Shown piece after piece: positions 44,156-58,321 of a stretch of DNA of 64,000 nucleotides; position 1 is the first letter of the stretch; each line of letters begins with the position of its first letter. The stretch lies in NCBI RefSeq assembly GCF_009914755.1, contig NC_060937.1, one strand, 5' to 3'. Origin of the DNA: the human T2T-CHM13v2.0 reference genome, Homo sapiens. A program made the translations under genes and the position numbers. The notes beneath the pieces were generated by a model. That model ran no database searches. It saw nothing but the letters and a program-made list of their open reading frames with translations, and was not told the origin of the DNA.

Positions 44156-45306
44156 GCCCTATCCTGAACAGTTAAATTTCCTTCTCAAATGAGTAATGGA
44201 ATTCGTTTGTAGGGAATGGAATGTAAATAAGGATTTTACATTTTTTTCATAGTTAAGTATGTGCTTTGTTTTATACAAAAAGTCTTACATCTAAGACCCT
44301 AAAATATTGATTATTCTATCAGAGAAGTGAAAATTAATTGTAGAAGCAGCACTGAGGAGTGTTAACAACTCATTGTAATCCTGTAGGCTATAGCAAGTTA
44401 TAGTCCATGATCAATATTTACAACGCTTAAGTATTCACCATTTTCAGGGCATTGATGTATAGTGAGAATTCTTTTATAAAAACAAATTGTATATGGTTTT
44501 TAATGTTGGGAAGGAATAAGCTCAGTTTGCAAATGATATAAAACTTCAGATTCCACAGGGTTTTAAAATGAAATGAGTAAAAGCAATGCAAATGATTGAA
44601 GCTGTAAAAAATAGACTTGAGGAAGAGAAAGAGATCTAGAAAATAGAACAGAAGTAACAATGTATGAAGAGATATTATACAAATGATGTTTTCTGTTTTC
44701 TCTTTTGAGTAAAATAAATGGTTTTAAAAGAAACAACAGGAATTGAGACTAAAAACAATGAAAAAGAAATTGTGATTTTAAAGTTTCTGAAATACAGAAA
44801 TAGATTTAGGGAGTAGCTTTCAGCATGTTAAAGACTAAGCTAGACTCCTGATAACCCATAAACACAAAAGCTTCCAGATCCCACTCTACTGGTCTGAATC
44901 ATGTGGATTACCAGAATGCAAGCCTTTCAGAAAAGGTCATCTGTTGTTTAACAAATGGACTTTGTAGCTCAATTTAATTTTACTCATTTTAGTTCAGTAT
45001 CAGTTTTCAACTTAGGACCAAGAAAAAAAAAAAAAAGATAGTTTTTAATCTCAAACTGGAAGGCCTGTAAGTAGAAGTGACACATCGTTAGATCCAACGA
45101 GGAGGTCCAAACCTTGGGTGATGACATGACCTTCCATAACTGAGGGCAAGCTTACTGGGATAGCTGTCACCAGGTGAGGGTCAAAACTGATTTCAACTGA
45201 CTTGCATCTCAACGTTGACTATCTTTTCTTCTCTCCAATCATGGCCCTGATAAAAAGCCACAGAGTCCTAACACTGGGTTTCTAGATGGAGGAGTCTGTC
45301 TACTTG

Positions 45307-46495
45307 GCCCTTCCTTATACCTTATACAAAAATTAACTGAAGATGGATTAAAGACATAAATGTAAAACCCAAAACTATAAAAACCCTAGAAGAAAATCTA
45401 GGCAATACCTTTCAGGACATAGGCACTGGCAAAGATTTCATATTGAAAACATCAAAAGCAATTGCAACAAAAGCAAAAATTGGCAAATGGGATTTAGTTA
45501 AACTATAGAGCTTCCGCACAGCAAAAGAAACTCTCATCAGAGTGAACAGGCAGCCTACAGAATGGGAGACAATTGTTGCCATCTATCTATCTGACAAAGT
45601 TCGAATGTCCAAAATCTATAAGAAACTTAAATTTACAAGAAAAAAGCAAACAGTGCCATTAAAAAGTGGGCAAAGGACATGAACAGATACTTCTTGAAAG
45701 ACATTTATGTAATCAACAAACATATGAAAAAAAGCTCGACATCAGTGATCATTAGAGAAATCCAAATCAAAACCACAACGAGATACCATCTCACACCAGT
45801 CAGAATGGTGATTATTAAAAAGTCAAGAAACAACAGATGCTGGCAAGGCTGTGTGGAAATAGAAATGCTTTTACACTGTTGGTGGCAAGGTAAATTAGTT
45901 CAACCATTGTGGAAGACAGTGTGGCAGTTCCTCAGAGACCTAGAGCCAGAAATACCATTTGGCCCAGTAATCTCATTACTAGGTATATACTAAAAGGAAT
46001 ATAAATCATTCTATTATAAAGATACATGCATGCATATGTTCATTGCAGCACTATTCACAATAGCAAAGACATAGAATCAACCCACCCCAACAGTTATAGA
46101 CCGGATAAAGAAAATGTGGTACATATACACTATGGAATACTTCGCAGCCATAAAAAGGAACAAGATCATGTCCTTAGCAGGGATATGGATGGAGCTGGAA
46201 GCCATTATCCTCAGCAAACTAACTCAGGAACAGAGAACCAAACACTGCATGTTCTCGCTTCTAAGTGGGAGCTCAACAATGAGAATACGTGGACAAAGGA
46301 AGGGGAACAACATACACTGGAGCCTGTCAGGGGTGGGGTGGCGGGAAGGGAGAGCATTGGGAAAAAATAGCTAATGCATGCTGGGCTTAATACGTAGGTG
46401 ATGGGTTGATAGGTGCAGCAAACCACCATGGCACATGTTTACCTATGTAACCAACCTGCACATCCTGTACATGTATCCTGGAACTTAAAAAAGAA
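45307..46495 (+). mobile_element. L1PA (L1PA11-13-like) 3' 1.2 kb: ORF2 end plus 3' UTR
   Basis: ORF-track peptides RYHLTPVRMVIIKKS..CWQGC..HCWW and MWYIYTMEYFAAIKRN are L1 ORF2 C-terminal; 3' UTR ggtgcagcaaaccaccatggcaca. Confidence 0.95.
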
Positions 46496-47428
46496 TTTGC
46501 AATCTAACCTTTAAAACCATCGTTAAATATATTTGAGGTTTAAAAATTCACGTTTCCCATGATACAAAAATGCATCAGAACATTGTTTTTCTCAGAACAT
46601 TGTTCATTTTGTCTTAGTCTACCTTTTATTTCAAAGACAGTGTTATAATTACTAAAATATGACAAGACAAATCATTGAAATAGAATACTGGCACTTTGAA
46701 GATGGACTTGGATACTACAAATCTTTACATATAAAATAAACTTTGAATTTCTTACCTTTTATTCAATATTAGCTTTTTAAAAATAAACTTTATATGATAA
46801 CAAGGAAAATTAAAACGTACAATCCAGTGTCTATGGGTATTTTTTCCAGAAGGTAGTTATAAAAAAGACAGAGAAGAGTCATCTAGTAACAGCTGTAAAG
46901 GCAAAAAATTATTTTATAATTTGAGACAGCATAGGTGTTCTTAGTGAGAAAATTAAAAAACCTGTCCTTACTAATACATTGAGTTTATTTATTTTATTTA
47001 GGCTGTGAACATTTGGAACTATGTTACTTGGTGTGTGTTGTTCAGCATTTTAGAAAGTTTCCTTACAAACTTGGTTGAAGATATTTTCTTAATTTAAAAT
47101 ATTATTTTTATATATCTATCACATTCTTATAATCAATAGCATAAAATATTACAATGGAATAAACAGGAGAAATTTTACAAATAAGATTTCCACTTATAAG
47201 AATATTTCTAGGAAAATGTTTGAAATATCAGTGGCATGCTAAATTTGCAATTTGATAAAACTAACATATTGAAAGAATATATTTGCTTCAAAATACATGG
47301 AGAACTTTAAAAAAAACCTTAAGATTTTCTTCAATGAGGGTTACTCTAGTTTCTATGTTTATATTTATAATTTTGTATAGAAAGTCTTTTGTTTTGAATT
47401 TCTGATGTCCTACACAATCCATGCATAA

Positions 47429-47870
<442 letters not shown>

Positions 47871-48129
47871 AAAGCAAGATTTTCTATTATAGACTATTTA
47901 ACTACCAACTTTCCCAAAACTTCGCATGTTCACAGTTTCTACTAGAAACTGTTGTTTTTTAAATTCAGAGTCAGCAACATTTGCTGAAGAATTGTTTTTC
48001 TCCATTTTCCTTGGAAGTAGAATGAGAAAAAATGGAATACACATGGAGTAGGAGACACAATAGTAGAGTTGTCAAAGTATAAAATTTATGAAATATTTTA
48101 AGATTATGGGACTTAATATTAAGTCCCCC

Positions 48130-49560
48130 AGTCAGTTATCCTTCATGTACTGTGTAGAAGCTGCTACACACCTACTCTATTCTTCTTAAATATTTTATCA
48201 AGACACTTCTCTCTAACTACCTTACTATCATATGGAAATTTCCTCAACTTTGTTCCACAAGATATTCATATCTGCCTCCATTCCTGCTCACCCCCTTCCT
48301 CTTTTCCTTTTGCTGGGTAATAGCAGTGCCCTACCTCCTGTCAAGGACCACTTTTTTGTTCTATGTACCAGACCCAGTTGCATCCTCAGAGACTTTGCTT
48401 TATAAATTGTCCATTTTTGCCTCTGTATCTTCAAACTCTTCCTGCAATAAATTATGCCCTTTTAGAAAACATGTTGATTATCTCAGTCTTCTCTTTTTGA
48501 AAAGTCAATAAATATACTACACACACACACCCCTATATTCACCTTCCTAAATGTATAATCTCCTCCACTGACTTTTACTACTTTATCCTATCACAGCCAC
48601 ACACTTCCTGAAATAGTTGTATACATTCTGAAATTACTGTTCTTGATATTCTTTTGCTCCTCAATCCATTTCCCCTTCTCAACTAAAAATGGTGTTGCCA
48701 GAGTCAGCCTGTAGTCACACCTCAATTTTGTATTAGTTGTTCATTTTCCACAATTGACAATGTCAATCTTCAGTTTCTTGAATTATGTTTTTCCTTGACC
48801 CATCCCTTTCATTTAGTTATTCATTGGGAATCCTATTAGGTCCTTTCACTTCTCACTCTGTATTTTTCCTGAGTGATAGAAGAATCCTGTTTAATGCATA
48901 GGTAATTGAGACCTGTATGTCTCTAACCCAAATGTTTCTTCTGAAACTCACACACATATATTCATTTGCCACATCCATAACTGAGCTCTTCATGCCTGCT
49001 ACCCTCATCCTGAAACCTGCTTCCTATCTTAATGACTGTTACCATCATTCAGTCAATTTCCCAAGAGAGCTTCCTTGTACTACCAACTTGGGATTTCCAT
49101 TCACACATGCTCCCAAAGCCTACCATTGCCGTAGAACCCATTAACCAGATTTTAAATGCCAGTTCGCTTGTTTGTACCTACAATAGATTGTTAGTTCTGT
49201 GTATTTCTAGTTAAAATGTAGTATTGCCAGCTCTAAGAAGCATAATAGTATTTAAAACATTCCTAAATGAATAAAAGAATGAACAGATGGGTAGATGGAT
49301 CAATGGATGGTTGAATGGGTGGATGGATGAGAAGGAGAGTACTTGTGTGTTTATAAAATTGAGAGTGTATTTGGAAGAACAGAATTTCCAGTTTGGAGTA
49401 GTGGGGTCAAGTTGGGTTGTGCAGTTGACCCTAAGGTACATGAAAAAGATGATCCTAAATGAGATCATAGAAATCACAGCCATTTAAGGATCATTATGGT
49501 ATGAGTGCCAAAATGAAATGTTTTAAAGGATTGGTAAAACCACGGGATGACTCAAAGTAT
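48130..49560. mobile_element. L2 fragments
   Basis: Pyrimidine-rich L2-like body, then an (ATGA/ATGG)n tail at ~49265-49330. Confidence 0.5.
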
Positions 49561-50969
49561 TAAAAATAGCAAATGAAACATAACCTTTTATATTGACTCT
49601 TAGATGAAACTTTAAATTCAGTTTTGAGGGATCTGAGAAGAAGAATCAATTTTGAAAGAGTTCTAGAGAGTAAAATAAAGTGGTAAAAAAGAAGGGAGGA
49701 TATCTCAGTGTATTGGAAAATTTTCAAGTGCTCATAGTCACAATACATTTTATGTCTCCCCTGTTCATCTACTGCTTCTTTCATTTAACTTATGTGTCAC
49801 CTTGAAAATATTTTCAGAGAAAGAGCCATTTATAAAAGGAGAGTTCTTCTCATTACTTAAAAGAGATACTCTCCTATATGTTGTTTGAAAAGGTTTACTC
49901 ACTGCTACTTTATTTCCATTGAAACTGGAAATGTGCAACATGATATCTGAAACTATTTTTTCCAATTTCAGCAGTTTAATGCTGTTATTAAACAATCTAA
50001 AGCAATTAAGATCCATTCCTGTCCTTTTTATTTAAAAAGAAAGCTCTTATAGTTCTAGGGTTTTTTTAATTAAAAAATTTAGGCAATTATTTTAATTTGA
50101 CTATACCTGTTAACAATATAAGAAACGTTGCAACAGTCAAACGAGCAACTCTTAAGTCTTATTACATGTTATCTGTATCACCACCAAAGCTTTTTTTGGT
50201 TAAAGTAATTTTTGCTTATAGATTCAATCAATCTGTAAGACCAGTCCAAAGGGGAAATCCTTTGTTGTCTATATGCTGTGATCAATGAACTGAGTGTGAG
50301 TGCAACTAAACTCCCATTTGACTCAGTCATTAATGGATTTTTTTTTCAAAGTGGGATTACCCACATTAAAAACAGAGATCGGCCATTCTCACCTAGGTCA
50401 TTAAATTTGTTTTCCTGGCCACCTTTCATTTAGCCTGATGCTTTTCCGCTTAGGTGTGTCGATTCTGGGTTTTTAGGAAATGAAGTCCTTCATGTTGACT
50501 GTGGTATGTGAAGACCCTGATATCTCTGCTGCTCTGACCCCATTAAACTTTCAGATTTTACTGCCATATTGCTTTTGTACATGTGCTTTTGTTTCATGTA
50601 CCTCATGTGCCATGAGGACACTCAGTGGGGAGTCTGGCACCTGCCTGGACAAACCCTTTCCTTTTGTTCTTCCTCTTAATGAAATACTTTCTATCAAAAT
50701 TACTTATTCAAATTTTGCTAATTTTTTAGGAGTTGGTTTAATAAAGTGTTCTTTAGTACCTCTAACAGAAAACCATTTCTTTCATTAAAATGCAATGAGC
50801 AAAAACCTAGTGTCACTTGTGTGCCACGTCTCACATTCTATAGTATATAATAATTATTTATATGAACACTCATCTCCCCTTACTAAGACCCTTGATGTAA
50901 TCAATATACTTTTATTATTATGAGCCAACAAATATTTGCAGAATGTGGAAGGCAATATTAAGACATCTA

Positions 50970-51270
50970 GGCCAGGCTTGGTAGCACACACCTAATTCCC
51001 AGCACTTTGGGAAGCCGAGGAAGGTGGATCACTTGAGGTCAGGAGTTTGAGACAAGCCTGGCCAACGTGGTGAAACCCCATGTCTACTAAAAATACAAAA
51101 ATTAGTTGGGTGTGGTGGCACCCACCTGTAGTCCCAGCTACTGAGGAAGTTGAGGTGGGAGGATCACTTGAGTCCAGGAGACAGAGGTTTCAGTGAGCCA
51201 AGGTGAAACCACTGCACTCTAGCCTGGGTGACTGAGTGAGAGACCCCGTCAAAAAGAAAGGAAAAGAAAA
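50970..51270 (+). mobile_element. Alu (AluJb/Sz6-like)
   Basis: Dimer with J-type right arm gggaggatcacttgag; TSD aagacatct. Confidence 0.93.
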
Positions 51271-51385
51271 GACATCTTTGGATATTCTTAGGCTTGCTGA
51301 TAAAAGTCATCTTTACGTCATTAAAAAAATACGTGTCTATGTATATTTATTTCATGTATATATTAAATAGAAAGGCCAAAATTTG

Positions 51386-51766
<381 letters not shown>

Positions 51767-52007
51767 CTATACACTTCTTTACTTAAAAACAGCAAAAAGT
51801 ATTAATCACTTTATTGAGCACCTTGCTGGGCATCAGGAATAAAAAACAGATTAGTCAAAAATACGGTTCTATTCCTCAAGGTTAAAATAGTGTGCAGAAG
51901 AAAAAACAAATAGCGATGTCATAGAATTTAAAATGTTATCGTAAAGTGCAGAGTACCATTAAAATAACACACTGTGAGACTTCGAAAAGTCCTCCCTTGA
52001 ACCTTCA

Positions 52008-52497
<490 letters not shown>

Positions 52498-53215
52498 TAG
52501 GGCTTGACACCTAATTGGAATTCAATAAGTGTTTGCTTCTTTTCTGATTCTAGATTATGTCAAAATTTAGTAGTGCGTTCTAATAAAGTTGAAGAACATT
52601 TGAATAGGAGGTTATGATGACATCACTGTGATGCCTACTGCTGTAGTCCAGCTATCTAAGAGCTGAATTGCTTTCAGTTTTATCTGCGGTTCTAAAGTTG
52701 GTGGGCGCCCCTTTGGAAACGTTTACTGAACTCTTGGTACAGAGGCCACTAGATGGGGCTTGTGGGCTTAGTACTTTATAGTTTAGAAAAGTCACTTAAA
52801 AAAACTCAGACTTCTCTTTAACCTATTCTGTTCTTTATTAACTGTAACACTGTGAGCAATTATAATTAGAAATCTTTTTATATTAGCAAGTGTGAAACCT
52901 AACTATTGCCCTTGCAAATATGTGATATTCCTCAAAGAAAAAAAAACATCTCCCTACAGCCAGGCACATTTATCTCTTTAGAGGCTAAATACAAGACCCC
53001 GTTACCAATTTAATAGTAGTTTTCAAACCTGTCTCCTCATATAGAAGAATCTCAGATACAGAATCCTGGAAGCTCTGTTCCTACTTTTTAGGTTTCAGAT
53101 TCAATGGTGACTCTGTATGTTTGTTTCCATTTATCTATATCTAGCCAGAAACATGCTTTACCATTATCATGAAGTTTGCTCCTTACCCATTGCTAGTGTT
53201 TGTTTTCCTCTAAGA

Positions 53216-53411
53216 CAGTGGTTCTCAAATTTTAATGTGCATCAGAATCACCATATATCGTGAAGGACTTTAGAAAATACAAATTACTGTCCACAACCCC
53301 AGAATTTCTAATTCAGTAAGTCTAGGATGGAGCCGGTGACTCTGAATTACCAAAAAATGCTCAGATGATGATGGCACTGCTTATCCAGAGACTACACCTT
53401 AAGGAGTTCTG
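53216..53411. mobile_element. MER5A-like hAT relic
   Basis: cagtggttctcaaattttaatgtgcatcagaatcacc...cccagaatttctaattcagtaagtctagg. Confidence 0.8.
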
Positions 53412-54139
53412 TTGTATGCTAAGGCTCTCCCTGGATAAAGTACATACCTTTCATGAGGTAGCCCTTGTGTCTCAAGACAGCTTCCTGTCACACTGCAACA
53501 TTCATCTCTCCAGGCACTGAGACTGGGACAAGGACGAGAAGTAAGTGGTGGTTTGTGTTTTCTTTGCATTTATGCTCCTAACCACTGGGTACCCAGCACA
53601 CTAAGTTAGATAAGGTTCAACCTCAACAACAGACCAGGGGCACCTGTCTGCATCTTCTAACAACCAATAGCTAATGCTCATTTGAAAAAAAATAAATGAA
53701 GGGTTTGACCCAAGGCATCAAAGCTTTGGATTCTGATTTTCCTTTGTCTCAATGGCTTTTAGATTTCTAAGACCTCCCTTTCCGTTTCTCTCCATCTGAC
53801 CTCCAACCTTCCCCAGATTCCTAATCCCACCATTTTTGAACCTCCCTCCAGAGTGCCTGGAGCTAGGCCCAGTGGTTCCTCACCTCAACGGCCACATCCA
53901 AGCACTTCTCAGCCCCTAGTTTACTGATTTCCAGCACACTACCAGGCACCACTTTACCTTTACTGGAGACCTAGGTATACACTGCTTCTTTACATACTGT
54001 ATCTACAGCTGGATAATTCAATTCTCCATCTATTTATCCCTTCATCAGTCATTAACTACCAATGATATAACAGGCACTGCTTCACCCTGCCACTATGCTA
54101 TAGTTGTAAACAAGCCAGACATGACCTCCCATCTTTTGC

Positions 54140-54241
54140 TATTTCCGTCATTGTTTTGACTGATCTATCTTTTTGGATTTTGGATACCCTTATTTCCATC
54201 ATTGTTTTGATTGATCTGCCTTTTTGGATTTTGGATACCCG
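54140..54241. repeat. Tandem duplication, 51-bp unit x2
   Basis: tatttcc(g/a)tcattgttttga(c/t)tgatct...tttttggattttggataccc occurs twice. Confidence 0.92.
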
Positions 54242-55839
54242 TTGTTGTCACCAGCTTGTTGTTTTGCATCTCAGTTAACTTCTTGGCTTACAGACCCCTG
54301 GCTTCTGAAAACCACAAGCTTTCTGGCTTTTACACGGCATCTCAACTTGTATCAGAACATGTTGTTTTCTAGCCCCTTAAGCCAGTCTAGCCTCTGGCAA
54401 CCTGAGCATCTTCCCCTTGTCTGACTTTCATCATATCTGCTGGGCTTCTGCATCTTCACTGTTAATGTAATGACAATGCCTTAAATTATGTGGATTATAT
54501 TTTCAAAGGTGTGTTAGCGTATCCCATCTCACTTTCCTTATTTCAAATGATTAACCTATCTTGATGGAAAGTTGATCTTTCCAATGATTTCAAATATGTA
54601 CCTTCATATAATTTTTATATTTTTATAATTATACAAATTACTTACATCTCAACCTTATAAAGCTCTTTTTTGCTCTTTTATATTCTAATAACAGAATAGC
54701 CACTAGTATGTTTTTTGTGTTCTTCAGAATAACCTAGATCAGATATGCACAGTCTCTGATTAAAATGATTTCTTGCATCCCAGAAGCTTCTGTATTATGT
54801 CAGCAAAATTGTGTTTATTTCACAGGCTCTGTCTGATAAATATTTTTTGTGGTCTTCATGTGACAACACTGAATAACATGCCTAAACTCAGCCTCCTCTT
54901 TTAAACATTCCTACCTTGAGAAGACTAGTGACAGAATAGCATCCACAGTACTATTTAGTTTAAATTAATTACAACAAAGCTCAACGAAAATTGGCTTCGA
55001 TATACCATTATTTTTCTATTTTCTTTCAGTTCAGGCATTATATATAATTAAAGATGCCCCAGTATTCTACTTGCAGAAGTCATTTGCTAATGAAGGGGAA
55101 GATTACTGGGAATAGCATAAAAAGTTCAAACCACCAATAAACATTTCTGGAAGCTTGGAGCTGAAAGACTGAAACTATTCTGGCACATGGAAGTTTTACC
55201 AAGCTCTTAACCTAATTATATTCCTGATACGAGTTAGGCTCAATTTATTCCGAAGGGATGCCGCAAAGGGAAGCTTATCATGAATACTAAGGGTAATAGA
55301 AACAATTGCTTCAGTGAGCCTAGTACTGTCACAGCAGGCGCATCAGAACAGATGGCTCTGCGTTTATTCCAGTCTAGGGATTCAAATTGGCAGTAGTCAA
55401 ACAAAAATCCTGAAAAGCATGTCAGCAGATGTGGATATGAGTTTTCTTTATTTAAAGAGCCATTCATACCATTCCACTGAAAATGCATATAAAACTGGAG
55501 GTATTTGCCACTTTGGTTAATTTGCCTATTAGTGCCTTCAACTTGTGGCCCATCATTTTAATATATATATTTATATATAACATATATACATATATACCAG
55601 CAGTATAGTAATTTCTGATATATACTATTAACCTCAAGTTACTATATATATACTATTATTAAATTTTTGTATAGTGTTTGTATATTATATATTTATATGC
55701 CAGCTCCTTAAAATGTGTTAATATTATATATCAACAGTTGCTAATTCCTTACATTAATATATGCTATTTTGCATCTTTTGAGTCCAAACTGCTACCAGCA
55801 TAGGAATTTTAACATTTTCTTTAAAAATAAACTAGTTTA

Positions 55840-56134
55840 GCCTGGGCACGGTGGCTCACACCTGTAATCCCAGCACTTTGGGAAGCCAAGGTGGGCAGAT
55901 CACAAGGTCAGGAGATCAAGACCATCCTGGTTAACATGGTGAAACCCCGTCTCTACTAAAAATACAAAAAATTAGCCAGGTGTGGTGGCCCTGTAGTCCC
56001 AGCTACTCAGGAGGCTGAAGCAGGAGAATCGCTTGAACCCAGGAGGTGGAGGTTGCAGTGAGCCAAGATTGCACCTCTGTACTCCAGACTGGGTGACAGA
56101 GCGGGACCCTGTCTCAAAAAATAAATGAATAAAT
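55840..56134 (+). mobile_element. Alu (AluSc8-like)
   Basis: Dimer; 15-bp TSD aaataaactagttta (55825-55839 / 56135-56149). Confidence 0.95.
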
Positions 56135-57650
56135 AAATAAACTAGTTTATTGTATTTTTAATAAAGTATCCTAACGTAGACTATTAGGATTCTTCATGAC
56201 ACCTGAAATGTATTGTCATCAAATGACTACACTTGTTCATTAGCATCTTTTTCTCCTTGCACAATGAGTAATTAATAGTTTCTTTGGGAGTTAAGTAAAA
56301 ACGAACTGACATTTTTGGGCCAAGAATCCTAAATTAGCTCTGGGGTAAAACAAAAACTCTTACATACTCCTCACCACCTAAAAAAATTTTCAATTAAAAG
56401 GAAAAAAATAAAGGATAATATCCTGGTTTATAATCTTGTCAAACTGGAACTATTTCCAGATGAGCATGGCCCTCTTTTTCTTTTACAGATGACACAGCTA
56501 AGTGCAGATGCCTAAAAGGAAGGGTTTCTGATGACTTTGTTTTCTCAAGATATTTACATAGTCTGAGCTTACTCATGAATTGTGTTACCATGTTAGGTTC
56601 AACAGCTAGGCTCTGACTGAACTAATTTGTCGTGGTCTCTCTGTCCACAAGAGTTTGTCAAAGTAACAACTCACTATGCTATTGAACTAATAACTTGGTC
56701 ACAGTGTATCTTTTAACACCTAGAATTCTCTCATCAATGAGTAGGCATAGCACTTGCTCATAATCTTCGTAGGCTACTTCTAGCTAAATGATAGATTACT
56801 TATACTATAATGTTATATTGCCGAATCTAACATACAAGAAAAATATTCAGGGCCTAGTGGCTTTTTTCAGTTTCATTATATGCTTTTAAAACTTTGATGA
56901 TTTATATGATCATAGAACTTTCTGTTCTGGCACATGGGAAGATTGAATTTTTTAAAGCAAAGTATTTGTACAGATTAAACAGATAACATTTGACATCATA
57001 AAAGGATAATGAAAACGTATAGGTGAATTAACTGAACTTTAGATGGGGAAAGATATCAGCCTAAATTTAAACAAAATTTTATGAATATGATTTACTACGG
57101 TTTTTACTGTGGACAAACAATGTAGACTATGGACTTCGGTTTGAGTCACAAGACAGGCACAATGGATTCCACTAATCTCTCAGTTGTGGTGGAATAAACT
57201 ACTATAACAAATATGCTCAAATGTTTATTTTTTAGCATTCAAGGCAGGTCTTCTTAATTGGCAGTTTTTCTCCATGTGGTGGTCCAGGATACCCAGCTTA
57301 TGCATGAAAACTGCAGGTTTGGTTGAAAAGTCCCCACAGTTAACCTGATTTATACCACAGGGCTAAATTCCTTTTGTTTAAGGCTGCAGTTTAAATTAGC
57401 TTTTTAATTTCATTTCCAATTGTTGGGTTTCTGCACAAGAAATTCCATAATCTTTAAAGCTGCATTTTAACAAATGGGAAAATAATATCCAATAAAACAA
57501 AAGAAAATTGGAAATAAGATATCACAACAACAATTTAAGCTGGATTTTCTCTTTGTGAATGTGTATGTATTTGTGGAAATAAAGAGCAGAAGTAAATTCT
57601 CCAAATGTCAACAGTGGTCACCTTTAAGTATTATGGTTATGGGTGATTTT

Positions 57651-58004
57651 TTTTTATTAGTACAAACACATTTATTCATTAACCAAAGGGATGATCCTAA
57701 TTAATCCAACACTTTGAAATAGCTGCATGTAAAATGTTTGTGATAAAGATCACTGAACACAGTAATGAAAAGAAAAAAAGCAGCCATATGGAGATTTTCT
57801 CATTCAACTGAGCTTGTTCATTCTCCTAGCTAATTCCTATCCAAAGTGATGATGGAATTTTTATTCTACTTTTTCATAGCTACAAGTACAGCTGACACTG
57901 TTCATGACACCGTTCACCACTAATTTCCCATCTTTCAATTTTCTTGTTAATTTTCTTTCCTTCCCATCCCAATCCTGATGCTGAACCTCTGCACCAGCTG
58001 TAAA
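57651..58004 (-). pseudogene. FABP5P4: 5'-truncated processed pseudogene of FABP5 (epidermal fatty-acid-binding protein); probably FABP5P4, number from memory
   Basis: Minus strand 58004-57861 reads [47 protein letters not shown], versus FABP5 as recalled [47 protein letters not shown]; intronless, 3' UTR with AATAAA, poly(A) remnant, 18-bp TSD (57633-57650 / 58005-58022). Confidence 0.93.
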
Positions 58005-58218
58005 ATGGTTACAGGTGATTTTCATTGTCCTATCACTACTTTCTAATTGTCTACAGTGAGTAGATAGTGCTTTTAAATGAGAAAAAGGTGCGTGTAAAAT
58101 ACACCTTCAGCTACTAAAATTGTATATGAATTGTCTTATTAAACTTATCACCTTTCTACACACCAGTTGCCAAAACAAACAAACAAACAAACAAAAATCA
58201 ATTAATCCCCACTTGCCA

Positions 58219-58321
58219 AGCCTGCCTGGTTGTGAGCTACTACTCTTTCCTGATAGTCCACAATAGCTATAGCCAGCCTGGTTGTGGGCTACTTCTCTTT
58301 CCTGATAGTCCACAATAGCTA
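58219..58321. repeat. Tandem duplication, 52-bp unit x2
   Basis: gcctggttgtg(a/g)gctact(a/t)ctctttcctgatagtccacaatagcta occurs twice. Confidence 0.92.

Noticed and set aside
45679-46429. ORFs with reverse-transcriptase-element-like peptides
   Set aside because: Broken C-terminus of L1 ORF2 in a 5'-truncated, inactive copy.
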